A stretch of DNA of 64,000 nucleotides from a bacterium. GTDB lineage: Bacteria; SM23-31. The notes beneath the pieces are model-generated. The model made no database searches. It worked only from the letters and a program-made list of their open reading frames with translations, and had not been told where the DNA came from. Below are positions 31,540 to 43,260 of this stretch, in pieces. The position numbers and the translations under genes were made by a program. Location of the stretch: NCBI GenBank assembly GCA_965249485.1, contig OZ252239.1:1664001-1728000 (forward strand). The letters run 5' to 3'. The first letter of the stretch is position 1, and every line of letters starts with the position of its first letter.

Positions 31540-31728
31540 GTAGTATCAATTCTGAGAAACAGACATATACACTTTTTTGCAGTGCAAATTATTGCACTAT
31601 TTTTCATAATAACATTGAGGAGAAAATGGTAAACTATTGTTTATTTAGTAGTTAGGATGTTGTAAAATCCCGATTTTTACTGGAATAGTTTTTGCTCTAA
31701 TATAAGTAGTTCCCTGTAATGGGATATG
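31540..31728 (+). promoter_or_regulatory. Sigma54 promoter plus enhancer module, copy 2
   Basis: Same palindrome 31582-31597; TGGAATAGTTTTTGCT 31681-31696. Confidence 0.75.
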
Positions 31729-31777
31729 ATAGGGAGTTAGTATTGAATATACTTTTGCATTTGGGGGATCATTTTCA

Positions 31778-32218
31778 ATGAAACGTTTCAATGTATGGTG
31801 TATACTTACCTGTTAGGTCTTATTTTCAGTACTTATTTTTTGTAGTGAATTATTCCCAACGGAACCTGAAGAGTTTTCGAAAATGGAAACCCATTATACT
31901 GTAAGTGAAGACCAGGGAATCAACATTGATAAGCTTGATATATTTGGCGATGGAACAGTCCAAGCATTCTCTTTTCAGGGTATTTTGACTACTACTCAAC
32001 AGGATTCCCTCATTCAATTGTTCAGCGGTTTTTCCCAGTATGATCCGAATTATTCTGGTAATGTTACTGATGCAGACTATCATACAATAGTCTATATATA
32101 TGAAGGGAAAACCAAAACCGTCGCAGTGTATGCTCCAAGTGCAGCAAATATACCTGAATCTTTGCGGAATATTCTTACGTATTTAGATGCTCTACGTTCT
32201 CAAGTGATCTTCAATTAA
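31778..32218 (+). pseudogene. Lipoprotein-like paralogue of 36850-37302 with TAG at codon 13
   Basis: MKRFNVWCILTC*VLFSV...; shared QGILTTTQQDSLIQLFS. Confidence 0.75.
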
Positions 32219-32365
32219 CGCACTAAATGAAGAAAAATTCTATTGATTTGACTGCTGTTGGTTTTACACTCGGATTGGGTGTGCGATTGTAAATTGTATC
32301 CCACTAAATGTTTACTAAAAACAATACCATTAGGTCCTGTTTAAGAGGTTATCTATTCTTCAAAT

Positions 32366-32550
32366 AAGCCGTTTTTCCAGACAACTCACCGCCAACAGAT
32401 ACATAAACGACATTTCGAATTTCATCTGTCTATACAAGGACGGTGTTCAACGAATGGAATAGAAGGACTGAAGAGTCGATTAAGCCGGGCGAAATCGAAT
32501 GACCCGAATGGATGTATTCCTATCCGGATCGATGCCGCGGGTTGCGTCAA
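32366..32550 (+). repeat. Dispersed intergenic repeat family A/B, most complete copy
   Basis: GACAACTC.CC.CCAACA block then GAAGAGTCGA...CCGGG.AAA.CGA block; relatives at ~5215, 30175, 33624-33800, 40038, 44122(-), 47624, 50048, 62235. Confidence 0.65.
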
Positions 32551-32867
32551 TTTGTTAAGAAAACGCGTTTGAAATAAACAATCAAATAGGTGATAGTAAC
32601 GAGCGAGATCCCTATAGAAATGAACATGGCAAAAAACGAGAAAAGATGATGAATTGCTGCGCTTATCAGGATAACTTTCAAAAAGGAACTGCGGATTATC
32701 GTCATGTCCCGGTTCGCATGAGATACTTTTACGAGATAAAAGATTAATCCAATTGTCATTGAATTTAAGAAAAGTACCGCAAGATATGTGCGGTACAAAG
32801 TCGAAAGTTGCATCACATCAAAGAGAAAGAGGTAGGGCAGCACATGGATGAAAAATAATAAATCCAT
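32547..32867 (-). CDS. Hypothetical small membrane protein
   Basis: Hydrophobic 106-aa ORF with AAAGG upstream. Confidence 0.4.
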   Translation of the reverse strand: MDLLFFIHVLPYLFLFDVMQLSTLYRTYLAVLFLNSMTIGLIFYLVKVSHANRDMTIIRSSFLKVILISAAIHHLFSFFAMFISIGISLVTITYLIVYFKRVFLTN

Positions 32868-32993
32868 ACCTTTTTACTATGAGGATACTTTGACAAAGAA
32901 GCGCGTATGTCGTTCGAGCCTTCAATTATTAGTGCGTTATATATCTACATAGCCTTCAGAATAATAAGACAAATATTCATTATCTGCGGTTCC

Positions 32994-33467
32994 TTAACGC
33001 CGGAGAAGTACCACAAAAATCAGATAATGGGTAACCAGTAAAGCAGGAACAATGAGGGCAGGGATGAAATACATGGCTCCAAACTGTCCGTCTGCGACGT
33101 ATCGTACACCTTGAAACAGTGCGTTCAGCAAGTCCAGAGTCCCTATAATATTGAAAATCCACACCAATGGAATCGCAATAGCCCATTTAAAACGTAAAGC
33201 AATTATTGCAATTATGGCGAGAACCGCTGCAAGCAAATCACCGTATGCGGCGGGATTCGCAAAGCGGGGATCCAACGCTACCGAAGTAACACCGGTAATA
33301 AGGAATGCCATACCTATGTAACGAAAACAGTGTATAAATAAAAGTGCGGTAAGCGATTCGGCGCGAGGCAGGACTGCAAACCGCGGGACAATATAAAATC
33401 GGGCGATAAGGCTGTAGACCAGTATACCTAATACTATACTGACCGGCAGAATAGGATTATTAATCAT
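32994..33467 (-). CDS. Conserved-looking membrane protein
   Basis: AGGAGG RBS; HCFRYIG, FANPAAYGDL, WIFNIIGTLDL. Confidence 0.8.
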   Translation of the reverse strand: MINNPILPVSIVLGILVYSLIARFYIVPRFAVLPRAESLTALLFIHCFRYIGMAFLITGVTSVALDPRFANPAAYGDLLAAVLAIIAIIALRFKWAIAIPLVWIFNIIGTLDLLNALFQGVRYVADGQFGAMYFIPALIVPALLVTHYLIFVVLLRR

Positions 33468-33869
33468 AAAAATTCCTCCTAAGGTTCGTGATTTTCTGTC
33501 TAATCCGTATTAACGTGTGATGTGTACCGCAAAAACATATCTAATGTTTTGGATTAAATATTTAAAAAACAGTGGGCAATAACAAGTATTTTCTCTCAGT
33601 TTAAACGGTTCACGTTTCGACATAAACCACTTCTCATGACAATTCTCTACCAACATATAGTTACAACGATTCAGGCTTTATTTGCATGTAAGGAGGGTTT
33701 GATAGAAAGGGGTGAAGAGTCGAAAAAACCGGGTAAAACCGAATTACCCGTGTGGACGGATTCCATGCTGGTTGGTGCTGCGTGTCGAGTCAAAATATTT
33801 GCATAATAAAAAGCTTTCAATTGATCTTTTTCAGCTTTTAAAAATTGAAAAATAATGTACAGAAACGTA

Positions 33870-34595
33870 TCAAATGATTTCTTTGAAGGTTATATTGAAG
33901 GAATTTAAAAAAATTGTTGTCGTACTTTCAAATCCGGAATCTGTCCCGGCAAAAATCCATACCGATCCGTTTCCGTCCGAGATAAATTCAAGAGGTGCTG
34001 CAAAATTATCAAGGACTTTTAGAACATACGATACATTTTCACATTGGTTATCATTGCCAAAGTGACCGAGTACGGCAGCGTTTTCACCACCCGTGCTTTG
34101 ATTCCCTTTATCGATATTCATTTCGTAAAAATCTTCTGCAGATACTACTGAAACAGGTTCTTCAACTGATGTACCTGCTTTAATATAAACGCTTGTTCCA
34201 GGTGCTCCACCGACACCGGAACATTCCGATGCCGCATTCGTTGCAAATTCAATTTTCGCTGTCATTGTGTATACAGAACCCGGTTTTAATCCGTCGATCC
34301 TTTTTTTTGCATACATGAACAGGTCGTCGCTATGGTTGTTTCCGGATATGAGCAATGCTGGTATGGTGTTTCCGAGGTTATCAGGCAAGACTGTATTTTC
34401 ACTTGCCAGTTCATAAAATTCTTCTTCACCAACCGGGTAATCGGAAAATCCCACAGTCCAGTTTTCCGATGATTCGAATGTAAACGTGAAATCAAGAATC
34501 TGAGCAGCATTATCATCCTTGCTGCACGCGACCGGAAGGCTGAAAACTACCACTATTACAATAGTTTTAAAGACTTTTTGACTCAAAATAACCAT
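33870..34595 (-). CDS. Hypothetical lipoprotein
   Basis: Lipobox-like PVAC; SGNNHSDDLFMY, NIDKGNQS, GTDSGFE. Confidence 0.75.
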   Translation of the reverse strand: MVILSQKVFKTIVIVVVFSLPVACSKDDNAAQILDFTFTFESSENWTVGFSDYPVGEEEFYELASENTVLPDNLGNTIPALLISGNNHSDDLFMYAKKRIDGLKPGSVYTMTAKIEFATNAASECSGVGGAPGTSVYIKAGTSVEEPVSVVSAEDFYEMNIDKGNQSTGGENAAVLGHFGNDNQCENVSYVLKVLDNFAAPLEFISDGNGSVWIFAGTDSGFESTTTIFLNSFNITFKEII

Positions 34596-34892
34596 ATCAG
34601 TGAGCGGATGGAGTTTAACATGGATTATGTATAGTATGATAGCATACTACCATATAATCCTCTCTTTTGCAATGGAAAAATAGCGTAAAGAAATCAACCT
34701 ATCATCATGTACTGTATTAGCGACGTTATCTGCTCAATAACATAGATTGAAGAGACAGTGCTCCCGACTTTGCTGCCAAACAACTCGTCAAACCACGGTA
34801 AGAGCAGGATGTAATATTTATAGCAGGCCTGATAGTACTATGTCCAGACAATTCTCTCTTCTATCTTTTCCCATTAATAAAAAAATATTTCC

Positions 34893-34921
34893 TTGATTCA
34901 TTATTGTAATATCGTTACAAT
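34893..34921 (+). promoter_or_regulatory. Sigma70-type promoter overlapped by a palindromic operator
   Basis: TTGATT-17-TACAAT; ATTGTAA-N5-TTACAAT (34903-34921). Confidence 0.55.
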
Positions 34922-34968
34922 TCACTATGCTAAAACTCTTGTATATTCAACAATGTACGTTGTAGACT

Positions 34969-35910
34969 ATGGCGATAGTGAAAAAAGGAATTATAACGGT
35001 TGCGGGTGGTAAAGGTGGAACAGGCAAGACATTCGTCACGGCAAATCTCGGAACAGCATTAGCGCAGATAGGGCATAAAGTCATACTTGTTGACGCAGAT
35101 TTCGGATGCTCCAACCTGAATCATTTCATGTCGGTCAAACGTCCCGCGCACTCGATTTCGGATATCCTGTTGAACGAGAAGAAGGAACTCGAGGAAATTC
35201 TGATCGATACGGGGGTTGATAACTTGAAGATGATCGCGTGCGGCTCTCTTGTGTATGGAACGGCAAATATACATTTCTTCAAAAAATTGAATTTGTTGAG
35301 GAGAATTCAAAAATTAGACGCCGACTACATACTTGTTGACATCGGAGCGGGCACAAGTTTTAATACAATTGATTTCTTCAATCTTTCGAACCAGGGGATC
35401 CTGTTGTTGAATTATAACCCGATCAGCAGGCAGAATGCGCTTGTTTTCCTAAAGACCTCTCTCTACAGGAAGCTTATCCAGACGATAAAAAGTGATAAAC
35501 GGGTCTGGAAAAGGATAGAATTGTATCTTAAGGAACAGAAAAGAAGCGCGTTTGACATAAACCTTGTACTCGATTGGATCATCAAGAACAGCGAGCAGAT
35601 GGTGAATGTTTTAAGAGAGCTGCTTGCTGATTACCGGCCAAAAGTCCTGTTTAATAAAGTAGAAGAAAATGACCTGACCAACGGAAACATCGAAGAGAGT
35701 TTCAATGCCATTATGAACACTGCAAGAAACAGTCTGCAGATCGATATCGATTATCTCGGAGCTATCAGAATAGACCCGAACGTTGAAAAATCCCTCAAGG
35801 CAGGTGACCTGTTCCTGATGAACAATCAGGATTCGGCCGCTTCGAAGGATATCTTCAGAATATGTCAGAAAAAAATATCGGATCTTGGACCTGTTTCTGC
35901 GGCACAATAA
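34969..35910 (+). CDS. MinD/FlhG/ParA-family ATPase
   Basis: GGKGGTGKT, VDADFGCSNL, DIGAGTSFN. Confidence 0.88.
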   Translation: MAIVKKGIITVAGGKGGTGKTFVTANLGTALAQIGHKVILVDADFGCSNLNHFMSVKRPAHSISDILLNEKKELEEILIDTGVDNLKMIACGSLVYGTANIHFFKKLNLLRRIQKLDADYILVDIGAGTSFNTIDFFNLSNQGILLLNYNPISRQNALVFLKTSLYRKLIQTIKSDKRVWKRIELYLKEQKRSAFDINLVLDWIIKNSEQMVNVLRELLADYRPKVLFNKVEENDLTNGNIEESFNAIMNTARNSLQIDIDYLGAIRIDPNVEKSLKAGDLFLMNNQDSAASKDIFRICQKKISDLGPVSAAQ

Positions 35911-36112
35911 TGCAACCCATCCAATCTTCTCCCCGATTAGAATACCATCAATTCGTACAGCCCATGTGAAGAGCAGTTACCGGTAAAAATGTTGCATTGT
36001 GCGTTTGCACGATAATCCCTCAGCAACTCTGCCCATCCGAAAATTCTAACCAAAACAAAACTATATCTTACTTGGGGACTCAGATCTATCAACGTGATCT
36101 GGTGATGTATTA

Positions 36113-36361
36113 TTAGATAACTGCATATATGAAGAGTGCTATGGTGATTACGATCAAAATAATTCCGAAAAAGGTATTACTTTTTCTGCCACTTTTTTCA
36201 TCATATTTAATACGAAGTTTCTCATTCATATAATTCTGAAATGTACAAATCTTTTCCGGAAAAAGAATGATAACGAAACCGGCTGTAAAAAGAATAACTG
36301 ACCGAATTATATTGTGATTATTCATAGCACGACGCAAAATTTTATTGAATAAAGTCTCCAA
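36113..36361 (-). CDS. Small two-TM protein
   Basis: Two hydrophobic segments. Confidence 0.45.
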   Translation of the reverse strand: METLFNKILRRAMNNHNIIRSVILFTAGFVIILFPEKICTFQNYMNEKLRIKYDEKSGRKSNTFFGIILIVITIALFIYAVI

Positions 36362-36592
36362 AACTATAATGAGTAATGGATCGTTGTCGTATGTATCCTG
36401 TTTTATGAATTGTGTAATATGTCTATTTTATGGCAGGGAATATGGACACGTAACCTTGTACTTATTTTCCTTACTTTAGATTACCATTATTTTAGCATAG
36501 ATTAATATATGAAATATTGATTAAATTATTGTGATTAATAAATCACGAAGTAATACAATGAGCGAATAATACTTATCGTGCATTGTGTATCA

Positions 36593-36785
36593 TGTAGTAT
36601 CAATTCTGGTAACAGTCATATACATCTTTTTGCAGTGCAAATTATTGCACTATCATTCACAATAATAGTGAAGGATTAATAGTAAAGTTTTGTTTATTTA
36701 GTAGTTACGATACGGCAAAAATGCAGATATCTATTGGAATAGTTTTTGCCCTAATTTAAGTAATTACCTGTAGTTGAATATGTGT
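36593..36785 (+). promoter_or_regulatory. Sigma54 promoter plus enhancer module, copy 3
   Basis: Palindrome 36635-36650; TGGAATAGTTTTTGCC 36735-36750. Confidence 0.75.
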
Positions 36786-36849
36786 ATAGGGGGATAGTAC
36801 GTATAGTGGATTGTATTTAATTTGTTTTGGAATTGGTGGATCAACTAAG

Positions 36850-37302
36850 ATGAAACGTTTTAATGTATGGTGTATACTTGCCTGTCTTGGCTTATTTTCA
36901 GTATTTATTTCTTGCAGTAAAATATTTCCTACTGAACCTGGACCTTCGCCTGAATTCAGAAAAATGGAAATCCGTTATACTTTAAAAGGAGGATGGTCAG
37001 ACGACACTGCTAAACTTGATATATTTGGCAACGGGACAGTTCAAAAATCAGGATGGTCAGGAGAAATTTCGCAGGGAATTTTAACTACTACTCAACAGGA
37101 TTCCCTCATTCAATTATTCAGCAATTTTTCTCAGTATGATCCGAACTATTCTGCTAATGTTACTGATTCAAATTATAATACAATAGTCTATATATATGAA
37201 GGGAAAACCAAAACCGTCACAGTATATGCTCCACATTCAGCAAATATACCTGAATCTTTGCAAAATGTTATTACGTATTTACGTGCTCTTCTTTTCAACT
37301 GA
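36850..37302 (+). CDS. Hypothetical lipoprotein
   Basis: MKRFNVW...FISC lipobox; paralogue at 31778. Confidence 0.75.
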   Translation: MKRFNVWCILACLGLFSVFISCSKIFPTEPGPSPEFRKMEIRYTLKGGWSDDTAKLDIFGNGTVQKSGWSGEISQGILTTTQQDSLIQLFSNFSQYDPNYSANVTDSNYNTIVYIYEGKTKTVTVYAPHSANIPESLQNVITYLRALLFN

Positions 37303-37649
37303 TCTTCAATTAGCACACAATATGAAGAAAACGAGCGTTTACGATGAGGGGAATACCGGAGATTTCAGGACTTCATCAATAAAGATAATGAATCGAATAG
37401 GAGTGAGGTTAGAGACGAGATTTGGTACTAATCCTAAGTACTCAGAGGAATTTGTAATAATTATATGATGTGTAAAATGATTTTAGGCGAACGTTTTATT
37501 CCCCTGGTTTCCCTCAGTAACATCCATACAGGACAGGCGCGATCATGGCACAGTGCATTTCAGGATGAAAGACGCATGAGTATACATACTATTATTCTGA
37601 AAATTATTGCCTTATGAGTCCCCAAAAAAAACAGTTACCGATTATTGTA

Positions 37650-38525
37650 TCAATCGAGGTAGATACGCAAAGCACGGCTTCTGGATACATGCTGCAAACG
37701 TTTAATGGCTTTTTCTTTAATTTGACGTATACGTTCACGGGTGAGATTTAATAGCTCTCCGATCTCTTCTAATGTCATTGGATGTTCCTGCCCGAATCCA
37801 AAGTAAAGCTTAACAATTTCCGATTCCCTGCGTGTCAAGGTCGACAGCGCTCGCTCAACTTCGTCTTTCAACGATTCCCGCATGAGTTCATTATCGGGCG
37901 ACGGATGATGATCATTTTTAATAACATTCAGGAGCCTGTTATCCTCTCCCTGCTGAAACGGTTCATCCATGGAGAGATGGCGACCGGATATTTTAAGCGT
38001 GTCAGAAACCTTGAACGGTGTCATATCCAGTTCATCCGCAATTTCCCGGGCACTCGGATCACGTTCAAATTCCTGTTCGAGATCCCTGAAGGCTTTCCCG
38101 ATTTTATTGAGTTCACCTATACGATTCAATGGCAGACGTACAACTCTCGATTGTTCTGCAAGTGCCTGCATAATTGACTGGCGTATCCACCATACTGCAT
38201 ATGAAATAAATTTAAACCCTCGCGTTTCGTCAAATCTTTTTGCAGCCTTTATTAAGCCGAGGTTTCCTTCATTTATGAGATCCCCAATGGTAAGTCCCTG
38301 ATTTTGAAATTGTTTAGCTACACTTACAACAAAACGAAGATTTGCTTTGGTTAATTTCTCCAATGCCTCCTGATCGTTATTCTTGATACGGCGTGCTAAT
38401 TGTATTTCTTCCTGCTGAGCAAGTAATGGTACTTTTCCAATTTCATGTAAATAAGTACTGAGTGATTGATTTTCACGATTACCTTGATTCTGACTTAACG
38501 TTGCCATGAACGGCCCACTTCCCAT
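37650..38525 (-). CDS. RpoD/SigA-family sigma70 lacking region 1.1; likely start 38507
   Basis: [45 protein letters not shown]. Confidence 0.93.
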   Translation of the reverse strand: MGSGPFMATLSQNQGNRENQSLSTYLHEIGKVPLLAQQEEIQLARRIKNNDQEALEKLTKANLRFVVSVAKQFQNQGLTIGDLINEGNLGLIKAAKRFDETRGFKFISYAVWWIRQSIMQALAEQSRVVRLPLNRIGELNKIGKAFRDLEQEFERDPSAREIADELDMTPFKVSDTLKISGRHLSMDEPFQQGEDNRLLNVIKNDHHPSPDNELMRESLKDEVERALSTLTRRESEIVKLYFGFGQEHPMTLEEIGELLNLTRERIRQIKEKAIKRLQHVSRSRALRIYLD

Positions 38526-38643
38526 TTATACGTTTCATTATCGTTAATTCTAACCACAGCACTCTACACCGGGGGTCAGTTGCAGCAATACTTGTTTGGT
38601 GAAATTTTACTATGATTCGCTTACACCTGCAGCGTATCGATAC

Positions 38644-38967
38644 TTAATAGCGACGTCCACCACCACCACCACCTCTTCCACCACCACCACCACCTCTTCC
38701 ACCACCTCCACCTCGACGATTATCTTCGCGGGGGCGTGCCTCATTAACATTAAGAATTTTTCCCTTTAACTCGTTGCCATTTAGTCCTTCAATTGCAGCG
38801 AGAGCTTCAGCCTTGGCTTGTATCTCCACGAATCCAAATCCTCTTGCTTCACCACTATATTTATCTTTTATAATAGTGGCCGTTTCGACCTTTCCGAATG
38901 CTTCAAAAGCCGTCCGCAAATCTTCTTCACTGACCGTGCTATCCAAATTACCTACGTAGATATTCAA
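38644..38967 (-). CDS. RRM RNA-binding protein with RGG tail
   Basis: IYVGNL (RNP2), RGFGFVE (RNP1); AGGAG RBS; TTG start. Confidence 0.93.
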   Translation of the reverse strand: MNIYVGNLDSTVSEEDLRTAFEAFGKVETATIIKDKYSGEARGFGFVEIQAKAEALAAIEGLNGNELKGKILNVNEARPREDNRRGGGGGRGGGGGGRGGGGGGRRY

Positions 38968-39579
38968 TGTGTTCTCCTTTTTGAAATGAAATCCAAATTT
39001 GAATTATGTTTATATTCAAACTTTTTACCTGATATTTCCCATTTCAAACTTCTGAAGTAGAATATATGAGGATTCTGTTGATTTTCGATACTATATTAAC
39101 TTTAGGTGTGCGTCATTAGGACAGAGTGGACATCTTGTATTTAATATCAAGAAATTCTTTGGCAAATGCAAGGGTAATATCCGATTTAACAGTCTTTATT
39201 TTCATCAATACATCACCTCTCCATACATTATTTCCTTCATCGATACAAAAATAACGAATGAAATTGGAAAGAGGGTAGAGGCGGGAATTAAATTATGTGA
39301 AACCGCTTCAGGGCGGTATCGGTTCATTATGTAATTGAGCGGTTAGATCAGGATTTATTGCAAGAAGATACGAGGGAGAGGTGTCTCTGAATTGTATTTG
39401 TTAATCAGAAATCATAAATACTACAGCAAATCGTGCTATGCAGTGTATCCTATAAGCAGTTTATCATTTGAAATTGGATAATTCATTTGTTAGTTTGGCA
39501 GTATACTGTAGAATAATCCATATTCAACTCTTTCAGTAATTTGATACGGGAAATATCAGAATGAAGGAACGGTACGGTA

Positions 39580-39909
39580 TTGAAACGGTATATTGATCGA
39601 TTAAAGATTAAATGGGGAATAGATGGAACCCGTGATATTATATTGATCCTCCTGGTCTTTACATTATCCGGATATACCACGGTTTATTGTTCCCGGTATG
39701 TCAACAGCTTCTTAGGATTTGGTACCGAAACACATAGTGCTGTTTCAATAACTGTCAGAATTCTATTGTTTGTGCCTTTGTATCAGGCAGCAACATTGCT
39801 CTACTCAGCGCTTCTCGGGCAATTTAAATTCTTCTGGCCGAAACAAAAACTATTGGGAAGGTTCGTGCTGCGGGTCGTCACGTTTAACAGGATACATAGT
39901 AAGTTTTGA
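39580..39909 (+). CDS. DUF6787-like small membrane protein
   Basis: LKIKWGI, ILLVFTLSG, PLYQ...LLGQFKFFW. Confidence 0.7.
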   Translation: MKRYIDRLKIKWGIDGTRDIILILLVFTLSGYTTVYCSRYVNSFLGFGTETHSAVSITVRILLFVPLYQAATLLYSALLGQFKFFWPKQKLLGRFVLRVVTFNRIHSKF

Positions 39910-40139
39910 CGCTCAGTCACTAACGTTGGCACTCCTTCAGGACAGTATATGGATAGAGTACTTCAGGGTACGAAAGATTGCAGTCTCTTGTATGAGCAGT
40001 TTGTGTCCAAAACATACATGAGATTTATTTCAGGATTGAAGATTCGGTAAATCCGGGCAAAATCGATTTACCCGATGTGGACGCATTCCGATGCTGAATG
40101 ATGCTGCGAGGAAAGTTGAAAATATTTTTGAAATAATCG

Positions 40140-42911
40140 TTAAAATCTGTGCGTATAGTTGATCTTTGATATTGCACCTCGTGAAAGTGTTTCGGTGTCA
40201 AAGTCCCAGATAGAATTGCCTATATTCCTCCAGTTGTGCGTATATACCATAAAAATATCATTTCCCGGATTGACAGTCCATCTGAGTTTGGCAAAAAAAC
40301 CGATAACCTCACTGATATCGTCATATTGAATACTGCTGGTGAGTGACGACCATGGTGTTGGGAAAAATCCTCCTTCAAACCGGTATAGATTCGTTTTGAA
40401 ATCTCCTTCGGGAAGTGTTACGTCATTGACTTCATACGATCCTTCAAGCGTCAATCCCGGAACCAGATTGACGTCAACATTTGCAGAGTACTGCAGACGT
40501 GTTCCGGTCCAGAAATCACCGATAGTAACATTGAAAAATCCTGCTACGGGGCGTTTTCTTGCAGTAAATGCTGTAATTCTCCATTCGCTATAACTATACT
40601 CTCCGATAGGGAGAATGATTCCGTCGTTGATCTCGAATTCTTCATCAAGCAGTTCAAGATTCTGGTTAAATTGAACCGAAAAACTATCGCCACTTTCCAA
40701 TCTGGGATTTAATATCGTATATTGGATGTTACGGGTTACTAGGTTATTCGACATATCCCAAAAATGCCGCCAGTTCCCCCGAAATCGTAGTTGTCGCAGC
40801 CAGGAGATGGCTGGCACGCGGGGATTGAATCCTATATTCGGATCTACACGCCGAAAACCGTTCCTTCTCACGAATCCTATTGACGGATCGTAGTCATCAC
40901 CCAATTCTCTGTATGAAACGCTGCTGGTCCATACATCATTCGGATAATTGAGTCTGAGACCACGGGCACTGAGGTTATTGAACGTTGGTACCCCTTCCCG
41001 TTCCGGATCTTTCGGATCGGTGTGCCATACCAGGAATGCTTCGAACTGAAGATTTTTGTCCCCGAGAAACTTCGCGGTATTTAAATTCAAATCGGCACCA
41101 ACGGTATGCCGGTCATCGAGTGCAGGTTCATCGTTAAACGCTTCGCTTGCTCTGCGGGTATAGATCATTCCGGCCGTAGACTGATCGAAAAAGCTACGTT
41201 TGATCCGGGCAACGCTGAAATCCTCGACCGGCGCTAAGGCAAGAGAGTTTTTATCGGTCCTTACCTGCAAAAACCCAATCTCATTACGTCCGACTGTTCC
41301 GGTAAGGCGGGCGCCGAATATGACCGGAATTTGCTCGCCTTCCGTCAGACCGATACGTCTGCTGAAAAAAGGAGTTACATCATTGTTAGGAGCAAAACTA
41401 AATAAGCTCGAACCTTCCAAAAAGAAGTCCCGCTTTTCCTGAAAAAACAGAGGAAAACGGGTTAAATTGACGCGTCTTTGATCGACATCAACTTCGGCAA
41501 AGTCGGTGTTGACCGAGAGTGCGCCGCGGAGGCTCGAGGTGATGTTATATGAGATATCCAAACCGATTTCTTTCGGATCATCCGACTGTTTATCCGGATT
41601 CGGCATAAATACACCCTCATCGATAATATTCGGAGTATTGCTTGTACCGAGTGTTGCGTACGGCTTGATCTCGAGGCCGGAACCCTGCGAAATATTTTTA
41701 AGACCGGTCAGCCTTCCCGCATGTATGGGCTGGGCGAGCGGTTGATTTCGTTTGTGGCCGCTCCATCTCAATTCTTCATTTTTCCGCCGTATCGTCCTCT
41801 GGAAATTGATACCCCAGGCATCATTTGCCGGATCGAAATTCAACGTTTGGAAAGGAATACGTATCTCTGCAGTCCAACCCTGATCGTGTATCGTCGTTTC
41901 AACAGTCCAAATACCGTCCCACGACTTATTTGTTCCTCTCCCACCTCCACCACCACCGAAAAATCCACCACCACCACCGCCTCTGCGACCCCCGCTGGAT
42001 CCGATCAAAGCGTCACCCAGCAGACCGGCAGGATTCGTTTCAAAAAAATAACCGGTCCTCCCATCCAGGAAGGTGTCGATGATCCACATAAATCTATCAT
42101 CCGAAGACAATCCTTCGTCACGTTTCATCTGGTAACCGAGAATGCCATCTGAATCACTATCAAACAGATTCGCTCCTAAATAGAGATTTTTCTCGTCATA
42201 CAAGACGTAAACTTCTGTATGTTCGGACGCCTCCAATCCCTCTGTCGGCTCCGTTTGCAAAAAATTAGTGGCAGGTTCCGCCCGTTGCCAGACTTCTTCA
42301 TCAAGGACACCGTCAATTCTTATCTGCCCGGTAATGTGAACTGCTTCCAAATTTCTTGCGGCAGCCACAGGTCCGGTCCTGCGACTGATACGATTATTCG
42401 AGGAGGGTTCATTTTCGTTCGACAGTACCCGATGACCGTTTGCGTTTCCATTCGCGAGATGATTTTCAAGTAAGTTCCAGACTGAGCGATCCGCAAAAGT
42501 AATCTTGAGTGGAACGATAGTACCATCAACTGGAACTTCCCATTCATTGAGCGGCTGATCCCAGAAAAAGTTGAGAGTACTACCCGGCAGGATCGATGTT
42601 GAGAACGTTTTTTCGAACAATGCGGGATCGGAACGTCCCTGATAGTAAACCATGAGCCAGACTTGCAGTTCTTTGATTTCCGAACTTCCTGAATTTTCCA
42701 GATCGAAATACGCCCGAAATGCATCCTCGCCGACAGTAAGCACATTGACCGGGCCGGGTATCGAGAACGGCGCATTTTCATATTCGAAGGTGGTCAGGGG
42801 AATATACGTGGCGGCGTGCGACCCATTGTGATTGTTCTGAGCATGAAGCTGATTGGCAAAAGCAGCGAACGTCAGTATCGTGAAAATAAATACGGATCTA
42901 TATATTTGCAT
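40140..42911 (-). CDS. CBM9-like plus DUF5916 outer-membrane protein
   Basis: IDGVLDEEVW, WTAEIRIPF, NTDFAEVDVD, NLTRFPLFFQEKRDFF, FFSRRIG; terminal F. Confidence 0.88.
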   Translation of the reverse strand: MQIYRSVFIFTILTFAAFANQLHAQNNHNGSHAATYIPLTTFEYENAPFSIPGPVNVLTVGEDAFRAYFDLENSGSSEIKELQVWLMVYYQGRSDPALFEKTFSTSILPGSTLNFFWDQPLNEWEVPVDGTIVPLKITFADRSVWNLLENHLANGNANGHRVLSNENEPSSNNRISRRTGPVAAARNLEAVHITGQIRIDGVLDEEVWQRAEPATNFLQTEPTEGLEASEHTEVYVLYDEKNLYLGANLFDSDSDGILGYQMKRDEGLSSDDRFMWIIDTFLDGRTGYFFETNPAGLLGDALIGSSGGRRGGGGGGFFGGGGGGRGTNKSWDGIWTVETTIHDQGWTAEIRIPFQTLNFDPANDAWGINFQRTIRRKNEELRWSGHKRNQPLAQPIHAGRLTGLKNISQGSGLEIKPYATLGTSNTPNIIDEGVFMPNPDKQSDDPKEIGLDISYNITSSLRGALSVNTDFAEVDVDQRRVNLTRFPLFFQEKRDFFLEGSSLFSFAPNNDVTPFFSRRIGLTEGEQIPVIFGARLTGTVGRNEIGFLQVRTDKNSLALAPVEDFSVARIKRSFFDQSTAGMIYTRRASEAFNDEPALDDRHTVGADLNLNTAKFLGDKNLQFEAFLVWHTDPKDPEREGVPTFNNLSARGLRLNYPNDVWTSSVSYRELGDDYDPSIGFVRRNGFRRVDPNIGFNPRVPAISWLRQLRFRGNWRHFWDMSNNLVTRNIQYTILNPRLESGDSFSVQFNQNLELLDEEFEINDGIILPIGEYSYSEWRITAFTARKRPVAGFFNVTIGDFWTGTRLQYSANVDVNLVPGLTLEGSYEVNDVTLPEGDFKTNLYRFEGGFFPTPWSSLTSSIQYDDISEVIGFFAKLRWTVNPGNDIFMVYTHNWRNIGNSIWDFDTETLSRGAISKINYTHRF

Positions 42912-43260
42912 TACTACCCTTAAAAGCTTGCAGTAAAAATCTCCGAAAAATCGAAATATTAATGTCGAATGTCTACGTTTTTGGATGAATTGGAAAAAAG
43001 ATACACATTATATACATCATTGGTATACAATTATTCAAATATATTTTATTCGGCCGTATATTGCTTTAAGATTAAATTTTCCACCTGATCAATCCGATAT
43101 TTTACGTATCAAACTCTGAAAGAATACATTATGGAGCGCTGAAAAAAATTAATATCTAATCCGGTCTGTAACAATTCCAATATTTCCGGCTTCGACATAT
43201 TCGAGTTCAGTTCCGTACTCATTTGATTCTTCGTTCATGAAATCAATTATATATTTTATA

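Noticed and set aside
38655..38715. GGT tandem repeats (also ~41940-41985)
   Set aside because: Simply encode Gly/RGG tracts within proteins
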